From Eledone cirrhosa (Eukaryota): a stretch of DNA of 64,000 bases. This document shows, in pieces, positions 25,986 through 39,555 of the stretch; the first letter of the stretch is position 1, and each line of letters starts with the position of its first letter. The notes under the pieces were generated by a model. That model was not told where the DNA came from. It did no database searches and worked only from the letters and a program-made list of their open reading frames with translations. The position numbers and the translations under genes were made by a program. Location of the stretch: NCBI GenBank assembly GCA_964016885.1, contig OZ024744.1, positions 117,428,001 to 117,492,000 of the forward strand, written 5' to 3'.

Positions 25986-26320
25986 AGTGAAATGGTTAAG
26001 CAAGTGTCTTCTACTAGAGCTTTTAGTAGGCCAATTTTATTTTCGGGCGGGGGGGGGGGGTTAATTTGGTAAATGGAAACAGTTGTAGAGAAAAGAGTTA
26101 GTGTAAACTAAGCTATCAATAAATGTAAGATGGTAATTCATGGTAACTCATATTTCCTCTTAAATTCATGTCACTGTTTATTGTACTATTTATTTGTTTT
26201 TTCATCTGTAGTTGACCTTCTACTACATATATATGTGTATGTATATCTATATATATATAGATATACATACACAATTTCATATCAAAACCCTGCAAAATAT
26301 ATTCATAGCCATCACAGCAC

Positions 26321-26340
26321 TATATATATAATATATATAC

Positions 26341-26422
<82 letters not shown>

Positions 26423-26426
26423 ATAT

Positions 26427-26468
<42 letters not shown>
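26321..26468. repeat. (TA)n microsatellite
   Basis: Seen directly. Confidence 0.95.
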
Positions 26469-26471
<3 letters not shown>

Positions 26472-26617
26472 GGGTGTGTATGATTGTGTATAGAAGATTA
26501 TATTAATAAAAGGAATTCCAACTTTGTCTGATTTACTCGTTTTATTTATAATCCTTTAAAATTATAATGATATTATAATGAAATAGTAAGGTAGAATATT
26601 AAATGTTCAGTGTTAAT

Positions 26618-26656
26618 TGAACAAGTACTTTCATGCTTTCGCAATCTTCAGGTTCA
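26618..26656 (-). ncRNA. Minimal type I hammerhead ribozyme motif (Penelope-like element type)
   Basis: Minus strand UGAAC-CUGAAGA-U-UGC-GAAA-GCA-U-GAAA-GUAC-UU-GUUCA: 5-bp stem I, CUGAnGA core, GAAA-capped stem II, GAAA core, palindromic AGUACU stem III. Confidence 0.6.
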
Positions 26657-27149
26657 TATTCTTTGGTGACAGTCAAGTTTGCAATTTTTAACTGTAATGA
26701 GATGGGTAAATTCTGTGCCTTATATACAGTAAAAAGGGGCTACAGAATGCTAAGTTTTGCAAACTGTATTTCGACCAATCGGTTTGTAGTTTCACTGGAT
26801 TACTAAAGCTGATTGCTTTAGGTGTCACGGTTGGTTGAGCATGTCTAACGACTTCTATTTGACCCTATCCAAAGCATCAATTGTTTTGCTATTTTATAAA
26901 ACCTGCGGCTCAGTAGTAACCGATGATGTTGATCTTTTCTTCTTTTTGGGTTATAGCTACTGTCACTCAGAGAGTGGGATTGGCTCAGTGCACAGTCTTT
27001 CCTCACTTTTAAAAATATCTTCACGCACAGGCATTGCATGATAGCATTAATTAATAATTATTAATAATGGTATATCATGCAATGGCCATACTCGATAACG
27101 AGGGGGAAGCCATCATGTATATATATATATATATTTATGTATAAAGAAC

Positions 27150-27310
27150 AAAGAAAGTGTAGTAAGAAACCAGGTGGACCATAACTCACCAGAGTACCCA
27201 ATACTTAGGGTAGTAGAGTTGGTAATAGGAAAAGAGTAAGGACCCTGACTTTGGATCTAGCTGTTGAAACGCCCGGAACTCAGTCGCCGGGGTCCTGACT
27301 CTTTTCCTAT
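27150..27310 (+). mobile_element. Small (TA)n-embedded element ending in a hairpin, copy A
   Basis: Shares ~60 bp with 27955-28020 in inverted orientation; arms ATAGGAAAAGAGTAAGGACCC ... GGGTCCTGACTCTTTTCCTAT. Confidence 0.5.
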
Positions 27311-27321
27311 ATGTATGTATG

Positions 27322-27843
<522 letters not shown>

Positions 27844-27851
27844 ATATATAT

Positions 27852-28042
27852 ATAGGAAAATGTTTAACCTCGATGGTAGAGCTCAAGCCGTTTCGATGAC
27901 TATTTCTGTCCAGAAATAGCCATCGAAACGGCTTGAGCTCTACCGTCGGGGTTAAACATTTTCCTATTTCCCACTCTACTACCCTAAGTATTGAGTACTC
28001 TGGTGCGGTATGGTCCATCTGGTTCCTTACCACACCTCCTTT
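27852..28042 (-). mobile_element. Small (TA)n-embedded element with ~115-nt near-perfect hairpin, copy B
   Basis: 27852-27967 is an almost perfect palindrome; the body is the inverted homologue of copy A. Confidence 0.5.
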
Positions 28043-28819
28043 GTTATATATATATATATTTGTTTTGCGAGATTTCTTCTCTTGAAACAGATAATGTTAT
28101 ACTTTGGGAGGGTCATGCTGCCAATAGAAACACATGGTTTTTCACTGTTTTTCCGTGATGGTGTTCTGTAAATTATTCACCTGGACCTCATCATTTGTGA
28201 TGTGGTCAGATCACACCAAGAAATCCTAAGTGTGGTTCTAAGGTAACATCTATGGAAGACATCTGTTTTGTAGATTGTACACATCTTTTTCCATATCTTG
28301 CAAGCATATGTCAGCAGGGATATAGTTGAGTGTCTCACATAATGGAGGAGACTTTAAAACAGTTTTGTATTATAGAACCTGAGATGGTCTCTTGCAGGTT
28401 GGTACCAAAGGGTTAAGAACATTTTAATGACATTTTTATTGGTTTCAGAGTATCTGTCTTCACAGCTTCATCATCATGATTTTATGTCTGTTAAACCTTT
28501 TGATATCAAACAGCTTGATACAACTCCTAGATCTATAATATAGCTAAACCTTTATCTAAGAACCTTTGTTAAGTTATGTTCTAAACACGCCTGGTTCTAT
28601 CATACAGAACTGTTTATGTTAAAGTGTTTATATTTATCTAAAAACCTTCCATCATAATTTTATGTAAGAACCTTTGTTAAGTTATATTCCAAACTCCAGA
28701 TAAATATTGAGAAAATTGATTGTATTAATAGACTCAATTCAAATTTTTTCATTAGAAATCATCATCATCATCATCGTTTAACGTCCATTTTCCTCGCTAG
28801 CATGGGTCTGGAACCTGGA

Positions 28820-29896
28820 ATATGGTAATGAAAGAGTTAATGACATAGACAGTGTCTTTCATTAGAAATATGGTAATGAAAGTGTTAATGACATAGACAG
28901 TGTCTTTCATTAGAAATATGGTTATGAAAGGTTTAATGACATAGATAGTGTCTTTCATTAGAAATATGGTAATGAAAGGGTTAAAGACATAGACAGTGTC
29001 TTTCATTAGAAATATGTTAATGAAAGGTTTAATGACATAGATAGTGTCTTTCATTAGAAATATGGTAATGAAAGGGTTAAAGACATAGACAGTGTCTTTC
29101 ATTAGAAATATGTTAATGAAAGGTTTAATGACATAGATAGTGTCTTTCATTAGAAATATGGTAACGAAAGGGTTAAAGACATAGACAGTGTCTTTCATTA
29201 GAAATATGGTAATGAAAGGTTTAATGACATAGACAGTGTCTTTCATTAGAAATATGTTAATGAAAGGTTTAATGACATAGATAGTGTCTTTCATTAGAAA
29301 TATGGTAATGAAAGGGTTAAAGACATAGACAGTGTCTTTCATTAGAAATATGTTAATGAAAGGTTTAATGACATAGATAGTGTCTTTCATTAGAAATATG
29401 GTAATGAAAGGGTTAAAGACATAGACAGTGTCTTTCATTAGAAATATGTTAATGAAAGGTTTAATGACATAGATAGTGTCTTTCATTAGAAATATGGTAA
29501 TGAAAGGGTTAAAGACATAGACAGTGTCTTTCATTAGAAATATGGTAATGAAAGGTTTAATGACATAGACAGTGTCTTTCATTAGAAATATGTTAATGAA
29601 AGGTTTAATGACATAGATAGTGTCTTTCATTAGAAATATGGTAATGAAAGGGTTAAAGACATAGACAGTGTCTTTCATTAGAAATATGGTAATGAAAGGG
29701 TTAATGACATAGACAGTGTCTTTCATTAGAAATATGTTAATGAAAGGTTTAATGACATAGATAGTGTCTTTCATTAGAAATATGGTAATGAAAGGGTTAA
29801 AGACATAGACAGTGTCTTTCATTAGAAATATGGTAATGAAAGGGTTAATGACATAGATAGTGTCTTTCATTAGAAATATGGTAATGAAAGGGTTAA
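28820..29896. repeat. 48-bp minisatellite, ~22 copies, related to a MITE terminus
   Basis: Unit ATAGACAGTGTCTTTCATTAGAAATATGGTAATGAAAGGGTTAATGAC; the core matches 42773-42808. Confidence 0.93.
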
Positions 29897-30412
29897 CTAG
29901 GTCTACCAAGCGTGCTGAAGGTTGAATAAATTGGTTTTCTGTGAGTAGAAGATCAAAGAAAGTTATAAAATGTTTTCTTATGTTCCTACATAAATAAATT
30001 TGTTTTAATCTTCCTTCTGGTAAATCAATTTCTATTCCATTTTAGAAATATTTACATTCGCTAATTATTAACATGGAACACTGAGTTTCGTTGAATCTTA
30101 CAGTGTCTACAGGGTCTGTTAAACTTTACAGCTCTGGTCTTAGCAGGAGCACTGTTAAATTGCTCAGTGTTTTTATTAGTTTACACTATTGTGTTGAAAT
30201 CCTCCAGTAGATCTACAGAATTTTAGGGTCAATTAATTACTTTGTTGATGCAGGCAGATCTAACAATTTTGATTTCTAACCTTGTGATTGTATGGAGCAA
30301 TACTTTAGGCAAGTGTTTACAATCCTAGTCTTGGGTAAATGAATGCCTTATGTGTGGAGTTTAGCAGATGGTAATTGCTTGTGTGTCTGTATGAATTGGT
30401 GTAAAAATACCT

Positions 30413-30890
30413 TAATCCTTTCAAAACCACATTGCTAATGAAATACACTCAATTTTAATTAATTAATGAAGAATTTTGGGTGATTTTCTAAAATTATTAA
30501 TTATTTGATTACTAACATAGTAACTTAATGTAAGGTTCTTATATAAAATTATGTTGGAAGATTTTAATTGAAATTGGAAGCTTTTATTAATGGATGGTTT
30601 TATTTCATAGAACCAGGGCTGGTTTTGGCCAGGTGGGTAACTAAAGGGTTAAATAGGAACTCTTTATAATGGGTGGTTTTATTTCATAGAACCAGAGCTG
30701 GTTTTGGCTGGGTTGGTAACTAAAGGGTTAAATAGGAACTCTTTAAAATGGGTGGTTTTATTTGATAGAACCAGAGCTGGTTTTGGCTGGGTTGGTAACT
30801 AAAGGGTTAAATAGGGACTGTTTAAAATGGGTAGTTTTATTTGATAGAACCAGGGCTGGTTTTGGCTGGGTTTGTAACTAAAGGGTTAAA
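30413..30890 (+). mobile_element. piggyBac-like (TTAA/CCCTTT-ended) MITE with 4 tandem 79-bp terminal repeats
   Basis: Begins TTAATCCTTTC, each repeat ends AAAGGGTTAA; homologous copies at 37882 and 42223. Confidence 0.6.
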
Positions 30891-30946
30891 TGTTTTTGTG
30901 ACCCAGTTTCTTATGAATACATAGACTATGGTGTTTCAATTATCTT

Positions 30947-31018
30947 ACATAACATTTACATTACTCCATATATATACTATTGTATTTTCAAGGTAAACAC
31001 TTTATCTCACATAATATC
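30947..31018 (-). repeat. Diverged, inverted solo monomer of the 72-bp satellite
   Basis: ACATAACATTTACATTACTCCATATATATACTATTGTATTTTCA... is the reverse complement of the unit. Confidence 0.8.
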
Positions 31019-31310
31019 AAATCTGTGAGATTTTCATATTTATTTTGAGAACAATACTTTAACATCAGTATGAGTGGCTGGTTACAGCCAGTTTGAACAG
31101 AAAGAGGTGAGAGAATTCTGGATGGATATGGCCAGTTTAAATGCTAAAGGATTAATTTCGAAAATAACCAAGAATTTGGAAGAATTTAGTAAAATAACTT
31201 TTTTCATCATTAAGCTAATACTTGGAACTGAACAAAAGGTTCTTTCTTACATGAAAATATGTTGAAAGATTTAAATGTTGTTTACCTTGACATGTTGTTT
31301 ACCTTGACAT

Positions 31311-32680
31311 GTTGTTTACCTTGACTTTGCTAAGGCTTTTAATTCTGTGCCACACAAGAGACTTATGGCAAAACTCTCTGCAATGGGTGTGAGGGATGAT
31401 CTTTTCGACTGGTTGAAATCCTTCATTCTCAGCCGAAAGGAAGTAGTCACAGTTCTAGGACAGCATTCTTCACCATATGAGATGTCATCTGGTGTACCAC
31501 AGGGATCTGTTCTTGGTCCTCTTTTGTTTGTGGCATATATTAATGACATAGATGCCAACTTACAGAATGCCACGGTACTAAAATATGTAGATGACATCAA
31601 GCTGTACCTTGAAATCAAAAGGACTGATCCTGAAATTTACAACTCTTTCCTACAATCAGACCTGGACACAATGCAGCAATGGATCACAGACTGGCAACTG
31701 AAGCTGGCTGTGGACAAGTGTACCACCATGCATTTTGGAAGGAAAAATCCAGCGTCCACATACTCCCTCCACAACACTGATATCAAGAAGTCCTCTTGTG
31801 AACGTGACCTGGGCATTACTGTCAGCAGCGATTTGCGTTGGACAAAGCATGTCTCCAAGATTGTCAAGAAGGCCGAGGGTATCTTGGCATCACTCAGCAA
31901 GACCTTTGTTAGCCGCTCTCCAGCCATCTATTTAAAGCTGTATACAGCTATGGTACGACTACACTTGGAATTCGCATCATCAGTCTGGAACCCCTATCTT
32001 GCTCGGAACATTGACCTCCTGGAAACTGTTCAGAGACGTGCAACCAAGCGCATACCCTCCATCAGACACCTACCATACTCTGAACGCCTTGCTTCCCTGG
32101 GCATGGATTCATTGAAGCTCCGACGTCTGGCAATGGACTTGGTGAATACCCACAAAGTTTTTAACCATCTCGCCAACTGCAACCCTGAGCACCTCTTTGA
32201 TCTCCACGTGTCTAACACACGTGGACATGCCTACAAGATAAGAAAACAGCACAGCTCCCATGACTTTCGTAGACATTTTTTCACGCTCAGAGTTGCTGAA
32301 GCATGGAACAAACTGCCTGCGTCAATTGTTAGCTGCCGAGACACTGCATCCTTTAAGACACTCATGCTTCCCGAAATACGCCAAAACTACACCTGATGTA
32401 CCCCTTCCATACACATGCACACATGTGTGTATCATGACTCGTGCACTGTTCATTTTACTGATGTTTGTGCATTGCCCTATGTACTGTACATGCACTTTTT
32501 TGATGAGTTGTGGTGCACCTGGGCACTGTACACAATATTTCATTATTGTTATTATTATTATATCATGACTCATACACTGTTCATTTTCCTGACATTTGTA
32601 CATTGTTCTATGTACTATACATGCACCTTTGATGAGTTGTAGTGCACCTGAGCACTGTACACAATAATTTCATTATTATT
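31311..32680 (+). mobile_element. CR1-clade LINE, 5'-truncated (RT C-terminal half, ORF 31347-32396)
   Basis: LDFAKAFNSVPH, SGVPQGSVLGPLLF, YVDD, ERDLG, LETVQRRATK, TRGHAYK, AEAWNKLP. Duplicated 3' UTR with (ATT)n tail; 17-bp unit GTTGTTTACCTTGACAT triplicated at the 5' junction. Confidence 0.88.
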
Positions 32681-32996
32681 AAATTTAGACATGAACCCTT
32701 ACCTGGTGTTGTTTCAGGTAAGTTGCTTTCCAAAAAAAACAAAAAAAAACTTTAAGGTAGGTAACTGAAGGGAGGTAACTCTTTAAAAACGGATGTAACT
32801 CAAAGTGAACTAAAACAAGTAGACTCAGTATTTTGGTGAATTAAACAGGTGAATATAATTGGATATATATGTATTTCATTATATAAATGAATATACATAT
32901 AGGTGTGTTCTTTGTGTGTGTATATATATACATTTCGTTTTTGAATTTGTTTTGTAAGATTTCTTATCTGAAAACGTGTGTTGAAACAGATATTGT

Positions 32997-33302
32997 TATA
33001 CTTTGGGAGGGTCATGTTGCCAATAAAAACACATGCACCTGTTGGTTTTCACTTCATTTTGTTATAAATTTCTGGTTGGTTGGTTGGATAACTGGACACA
33101 CGCACACAACAACAAGATGGTGTAGGACAGAACAAAGGAGAGACACAAAATAAAACCCAGTCATAGAATGTGTGACAAAAGAACTTTGACAATATATAAA
33201 CAACCTTCCGGTTATAGAACCAACCAGAAATTTATAATAAATTGAAGTGAAAACCAACAGATGCATGTGTTTTTATTGGCAACATGACCCTCCCAAAGTA
33301 TA
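32997..33302. mobile_element. MITE with ~85-bp terminal inverted repeats
   Basis: TATACTTTGGGAGGGTCATGTTGCCAATAAAAACACATGCA ... TGCATGTGTTTTTATTGGCAACATGACCCTCCCAAAGTATA; a lone end also at ~28098. Confidence 0.75.
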
Positions 33303-33363
33303 TTAATATATATGTGTGTGTGTGTATATATGTATATAATAAATTTTTCTTGATATTTTTCAG

Positions 33364-33537
33364 ATTGCAAACAATTTAGAGGGATCCTGTCCAAACACCC
33401 AGGAGAAAAATAAATATAAATCATTTCTTGAAGATCGTGAAATGGTCATAAAATTGTTACTAAAACTCTCCGTCCTTCTTGCACGGGCAGAAAACACTGT
33501 GCAGTGCTTACCTGCAGGTGTTGAGGCAAGAAAAAAG
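33364..33537 (+). CDS. Shroom: Shroom-family protein ASD2 domain, penultimate coding exon
   Basis: tttcAG acceptor, GT donor at 33538, 174 nt, phase 0: IANNLEGSCPNTQEKNKYKSFLEDREMVIKLLLKLSVLLARAENTVQCL... (cf. recalled ASD2 [30 protein letters not shown]). Confidence 0.9.
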
Positions 33538-33612
33538 GTACTTTTTTTGTATCATATGTATGTATTTTTTTTGTATTATATGTATGTACATGTAAATATA
33601 TATATATGTATA

Positions 33613-34383
33613 TCGTATTTTTCGGAATATAGGACATGCTTTTTTTCTCTAAAAATTGACTCTCAAATCACTGTGTGTCTTAATAAGGCAAAGGTCAGGT
33701 TTTGGGTAATTCCCATAGTAATTTATAATTAAATTCCCAGGTAATTTATAATTAAAAACTAAGAAATATTTGGACTTTTGTTTAAATTTTCGAAAGTATA
33801 CTTTCTTGTTTGGGATCAATTTTGTACACATATAGCTGAGAATAATGTAAGGAGGGTAAAGAACTTAAACAGTGAAATAGCTGTCATACCTGGAGGAGTT
33901 CTCAAATACAACCCCTTGGTGGTTCATTAAACAAGCCTTTTATGGCACATATAACAGAAGAATGGGATAATTGGATGAAGGACTGGCAACATGAATTGAC
34001 ACCAACAGGATGTTTGAAGAGGCCTACATTTTCCCAGGTAACCCAGTGGGTGAAAAACTTATGGGATGCTGTGAAAACTGAGACAGTTATAAAAGCTTTA
34101 AAACAATGTGGCATCAGCAACGACCTAGATGGCACAGAAGATGATTTTCTGTATAATGATAGTGACACAAATGACTCTGAGAACAGAGATGACCCTGATG
34201 AATGTGAGGAAGATGATGAATTTCAGGAACTAGACGAGGGTGACAGGAAATGCGGATGACAGTAGACATGATTTTATAAGATTTGAAAGTGATTAAAATT
34301 TTAATAGTGTTAATTTCCCTTAATTTTATTTTTCCTGAATATTCATGTTAAATTTAGAGCGTCTTATATTCCGAAAAATTCAG
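33613..34383 (+). mobile_element. Internally deleted pogo/Tigger DNA transposon with DDE C-terminal remnant (33942-34259)
   Basis: TIRs TCGTATTTTTCGGAATATAGGAC / GTCTTATATTCCGAAAAATTCAG with TA flanks; peptide TPTGCLKRPT...WVKNLWD...KQCGISNDLDGTEDD is typical of pogo transposase ends. Confidence 0.8.
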
Positions 34384-34397
34384 TATATAAATAATAT

Positions 34398-34582
34398 TTG
34401 TTTCTACTTTAGGCACAAGGCCAGCAAATACCCAGTTCATTACTGGTACTTTATTTTATCGACCCCGTAAGGATGAAAGGCAAAGTCAACCTCGGAGGGA
34501 TTTGAACTCAGATCGTAAAGGGACGTAACTATGCTGGAAAACATGGCGTCCGACCCTCTACCGATACTGCCAATCCACCGCC
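34398..34582 (-). mobile_element. tRNA-derived SINE (same family as 22109)
   Basis: High similarity to 22109-22296. Confidence 0.85.
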
Positions 34583-34732
34583 TTATATATATATATATAA
34601 TATTATCAGTATATATATAATATTATCAGGATTGAACCAGTTTTAAGCTAGTTAGACCATTACTCAACAGAGTACTCGATACTTGAGATAGTAGAGCATA
34701 ACTATATTAAAAAGAGTCAGGGCCCAACGGCT

Positions 34733-36337
34733 GTGACACCTACATGTTGTGACACCTACATGACCACTTTACAGTGTGTACTGGCTACTTTTTCTTGTGA
34801 CACCTACATGACCACTTTACAGAGTGGACTGGGTGCTTTTTGTTGTGACACCTATATGACCACTTTACAGTGTGTACTGGGTGTTTTTGTTGTGATACCT
34901 ACATGACCACTTTACAGAGTGTACTGGGTAATTTTTCTCATGACGCCTACATGACCACTTTACAGTGTCAACTGGGTACTTTTTGTTGTTAAACCTACAT
35001 GACCACTTTACAGTGTGTCCTGGGTACTTTTTGTCATGACAACTACATGACCGCTTTACATTGTGTACTGGGTACTTTTTTGTCATGACACCTACATGAC
35101 CGCTTTACAGTGTGTACTGGGTACCTTTTGTTATGACACCTAAATGACCACTTTACAGTGTAGACTGGGTATTTTTGTCATGACTCCTACATGACCACTT
35201 TACAGTGTGGACTGGGTACTTTTTGTTGTGACACCTACATGACCACTTTACAGTGTGTACTGGGTACTTTTTGTCATGACACCTACATGATCACTTTACA
35301 GTGTATACTGGTTACTTTTTGTCATGACACCTACATGCCCACTTTACAGTGTGTACTGGGTACTTTTGATGTGACACCTACACTTTACAGTGTGGGCTGG
35401 GTACTTTCTGTTGTGACTACTTTACAGTGTATATTGGGTACCTTTGATGTGACACCTAGACAACCACTTTACAGTGTGGACTAGGTACTTTTTGTTGTGA
35501 CACCTATATGACCACTTTACAGTGTGGACTGGGTACTTTTTGTCATTCACCTACATGGCCACTTTACTGTGTATACTGTGTACTTTTGATGTGACACCTA
35601 CACAACCACTTTACAGTGTAGACTAGGTATTTTTGTCATGAGACCTACATGACCACTTTACAGTGTATACTGGGTACTTTTTGTTGTGACACCTACATGC
35701 CCACTTTACAGTGTGTAATGGGTACTTTTGATGTGACACCTACATGACCACTTTACAGTGTGGACTGGGTACTTTTGATGTGACACCTACACTTTACAGT
35801 GTGGGTTGGGTACTTTCTGTTGTAACACCTACACAACCACTTTCCAGTGTGGACTGGGTACTTTTTGTTGTGACACCTACATGACCACTTTACAGAGTGT
35901 ACTGGGTACTTTTTGTCATGACACTTACATGACCACTTTACAGTGTGTACTGGGTACATTTTGTCATGACAACTACATGACCACTTTACAGTGTGTAGTG
36001 GGTGCTTTTTGTTGTGACTCCTACATGACCACTTTACAGTGTGTACTGGGTACCTTTTGTTATGACACCTACATGACTACTTTACAGTGTGTACTGGGTA
36101 CTTTTTGTTGTGACACCTACATGACCCCTTTATAGTGTGTACTGGGTACTTTTTGTTGTGATACCTACATGACCACTTTACAGTGTGTACTTGGTACTTT
36201 TTGTTGTGACACCTACTTGACCACTTTACAGTGTGTACTGGGTACTTTTTGTTGTGACACCTACATGACCCCTTTATAGTGTGTACTGGGTACTGGGTAC
36301 TTTTTGTTGTGACACCTACATGACTACTTTACAGTGT
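34733..36337. repeat. ~48-bp minisatellite
   Basis: Unit GTGACACCTACATGACCACTTTACAGTGTGTACTGGGTACTTTTTGTT, diverged copies. Confidence 0.93.
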
Positions 36338-36506
36338 ATGGGTGGTGTGCAATTGCCCTAAATTGAACGTAAACAAATCTACACCCAAACAAGTAAAAGT
36401 CTGTGAATGGATATGTGTGTGTGTGTGTGTGGAAATGATTAAGATTTTTAAAGCCTTTAAATGAAATTATATATGTGTATATATATATAAAAAAAAAAAA
36501 AAAAAA

Positions 36507-37372
36507 GAGGACAAAACCCTGATTCCGTCAGGGAAATGGCCATGTTCGATATGCAGAAAAGGAACTGGCATAAATTCTATAAAATGCACACAATGTAGGT
36601 CCTGGGTACACAAGAGATGTAGCGGGATAGCAGGCAAACTAACAGGTAGGGAGAAATATGTATGCAGTAGATGTACAGGGAAATTAGACAGTAGAAGTCG
36701 CACTGATAGACACATTTTTCAAAGGCGAGAGGGCGCTATAGAAGTGGTGGATAGCTTCCGGTACCTAGGAGATCAGATTAGCATGGGAGGAGGGTGTTCC
36801 GAGGCCATAGTATCTAGAATAAGGACGGGTTGGAAGAAGTTTAGGGAGCTGCTTCCTCTGTTAACGAAGAAGGGTTTCTCCCTGCGTACGAAAGGCCGGT
36901 TGTATGATGCCTGTGTGAGGAGCGCGATGCTGCATGGTAGTGAGACATGGGCAGCTACCGCAGAAGATATGCGACGGCTGGAGAGAAATGAGGCAAGCAT
37001 GCTCCGTTGGATGTGCAGTGTAAATGTGCGTGAACGACCCAGCATAAATGTGTTGAGAGAGAAACTGTGTCTGAGAGGGATAGAATGTAGTGTACGGGAG
37101 AGGAGACTGAGGTGGTATGGACATGTGATGCGCATGGAGGATGACCGATGGGTGAAGAAGTGCCAGGAAATGCCAGTTGAAGGAAGATGTGGTAGAGGTA
37201 GACCACGAAAAACATGGGCGGAGGTGGTGAGAACAGACCTCAGATCATTGTAGCTCACGGTGGAGATGACGAGGGACCGTGACGAGTGGAGAGATGCTGT
37301 GCTGAATAAGACCCGTCCCACCCTTGCAAGCAGGGAAAAGCGGACGTAAAATGATGATGATGATGATGATGA

Positions 37373-37375
<3 letters not shown>
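36507..37375 (+). mobile_element. RTE-clade LINE 3' fragment
   Basis: CSICRKG...CTQCRSWVHKRC motif, then FRYLGD, RLRWYGHVMR, GRGRPRKTW; ends in (ATG)n. Confidence 0.85.
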
Positions 37376-37426
<51 letters not shown>

Positions 37427-37448
37427 CTCTATATATATATTTCTATAT

Positions 37449-37507
<59 letters not shown>

Positions 37508-37881
37508 CAAGAAACAAAGTGAGCTGTGTGGTTACTGTAAAGAAAGTTTAGGGTGGTAATATGGACGAAACAGGGTAAGAAATCCTTCATCAGCTGTAAA
37601 CCGTAGATCATAGATGTTTTGGCGCTCAATACAGGACATCAAAAACAATCAGTGGCGTGCCCATATATACACAGCTATATGTATACATGAAATATGGTAT
37701 TAAAAATGTGATAGACATTAAACCACACATCTGTTGTAGACTAAGGAACTATACTGTCAATTACATGTAGATGATATCTGTTGTAGTCCAATCAACTCCA
37801 TAGTCCACCGTACCAAGATGACCATATATAAATATCTGTGACTGTTGTCCCTCCTGTCGTGTCATATGACAATCTTTAATC

Positions 37882-38096
37882 TTAACCCTTTCAGGATCAT
37901 ATTTCTAATGAAATACACTCTATTTTAATTAATGAAGTATTTTGAGCGATTTATTAAAATTATTAATTATTTCATTACTAAGATAGTAAGCTTATTATAT
38001 AAAATTATGTTGGAAGGTTTTAATTTAAATAGGAACTCTTTAAAATAAGTGGTTTTATTTCATTTACCTAGGGTGACTTGAAGCAGTTTGATATCA
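37882..38096 (+). mobile_element. piggyBac-like MITE copy (same family as 30413)
   Basis: TTAACCCTTTCAGGATCATATTTCTAATGAAATACAC start; colinear with 30413-30640. Confidence 0.55.
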
Positions 38097-38164
38097 GAAC
38101 TAAACTACTACCACTACCACTACTACTACCACCACCCCTACTACTGCCACTACCACTACTACTG

Positions 38165-38197
<33 letters not shown>

Positions 38198-38444
38198 GTA
38201 ATTCATCCAGTCCTTTGTGACAATCCAACATTAACTTCCTTGGTTCTTCACCAGATAATTCTGTATCTTCTTCAGTGACACTTTTTAATGTGTTGAGAGG
38301 TCTTCTGCATTTGTATTTCACACTAGTGGGGTCTCTAGGGACATCTGACATTTGTGAGGTCTCATTGTATAAGTTTTGTAGAAAACATGACATCAAGGTA
38401 TCAAATGGGTTAAATTCTAAATATGTTCTTTTGATTCATTTCAG

Positions 38445-38711
38445 GAAATTGCTATTGAGAAACGTGACAAACTTAGTCGGCAGCACGAGGAAGCCAAACA
38501 ACTCAAGTCAGACATAGATCGTCGACAAGAACAAATCTCGAACATCTTGAAACAATATCTGTCTAACGAGGATTTAAATGATTACCATTATTACATATCA
38601 ATGAAATCCCGTCTGATTATAGAACTACAAGAGTTGGAAGACAAAATCTTCCTTGGTCAAGAACAGCTATCTGCTTTGAAGCGTAGTATTCCAACTTCTT
38701 ACCCATCATAA
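38445..38711 (+). CDS. Shroom: Shroom-family protein ASD2 domain, terminal coding exon with stop codon
   Basis: ttcAG acceptor; EIAIEKRDKLSRQHEEAKQLKSDIDRRQEQISNILKQYLSNEDLNDYHYYISMKSRLIIELQELEDKIFLGQEQLSALKRSIPTSYPS*, closely matching the recalled ASD2 end (QHEDAKELKENLDRRE...[23 protein letters not shown]). Confidence 0.93.
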   Translation, partial: EIAIEKRDKLSRQHEEAKQLKSDIDRRQEQISNILKQYLSNEDLNDYHYYISMKSRLIIELQELEDKIFLGQEQLSALKRSIPTSYPS

Positions 38712-39108
38712 CCCTTCCTAACATCATCAAACACTGATTATAATACTACTACTACTTCTACTACTACAAATACTACTACTATTACTACTATTACATACAT
38801 ACGTCTTTCATAGAAAAAACTTTTTTTCTTTTGTTTTCTCAAAACAAACACTTTTATTGCCCGAAACTTATTCCTACTTCAAGAGGAATGGATTTTCTTT
38901 CATGTATTTTTTTTTTTTTTACTTTTTCCCCCCACCCTCACACTTCCTATAGCAACCTGAAAATTCCTTTAAAATCCCTGAAAATCTTTGAAAATTCCTG
39001 AAAGTGATCTCCTGTCTTTTGTTTTGTGATTTTTTATTTTTATTTTTACCACAAACCAACCTACCCAACATTTTATTTATTTTATTTTAATCTTTCGTGG
39101 CTTATATA

Positions 39109-39157
<49 letters not shown>

Positions 39158-39555
39158 CCAACAACAATAACAAAACAGTGGAACGTCTGTGAATGCGAAG
39201 TGAAAGGTGGTTTTGGAAGAAAAGAAACAAATTTCTTCATTTCAACCATATTTTTCTTTCTAAATGTAATTTATGTATGATTCTGTCTTTATTTATAAAT
39301 TTTTATGTGACTTTATAACTTGTTGTACATGTGACATATTATTTGCATATTTTCTCCTAGCCCTACCCCCTCCACTCTTACCCCCACCCCCTCATGCACT
39401 TCGACTTATATTTTTTATTAAATTTTTAAATCCGTTATGGCAGTGTGCAGAGGTGGAATTTCATTTTGTAAGTTTTTTTTTTAATTTCTTTCTATCTTTC
39501 TAGAGACCTGTCTGCTTTACAACTATATGTATTGATTATGTATTAATTATCTCTT

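Noticed and set aside
28797-29909. 370-aa repetitive ORF
   Set aside because: Translation of the 48-bp minisatellite.
33442-33732. 96-aa ORF as a standalone gene
   Set aside because: It is part of the Shroom exon read through its splice donor into the intron.
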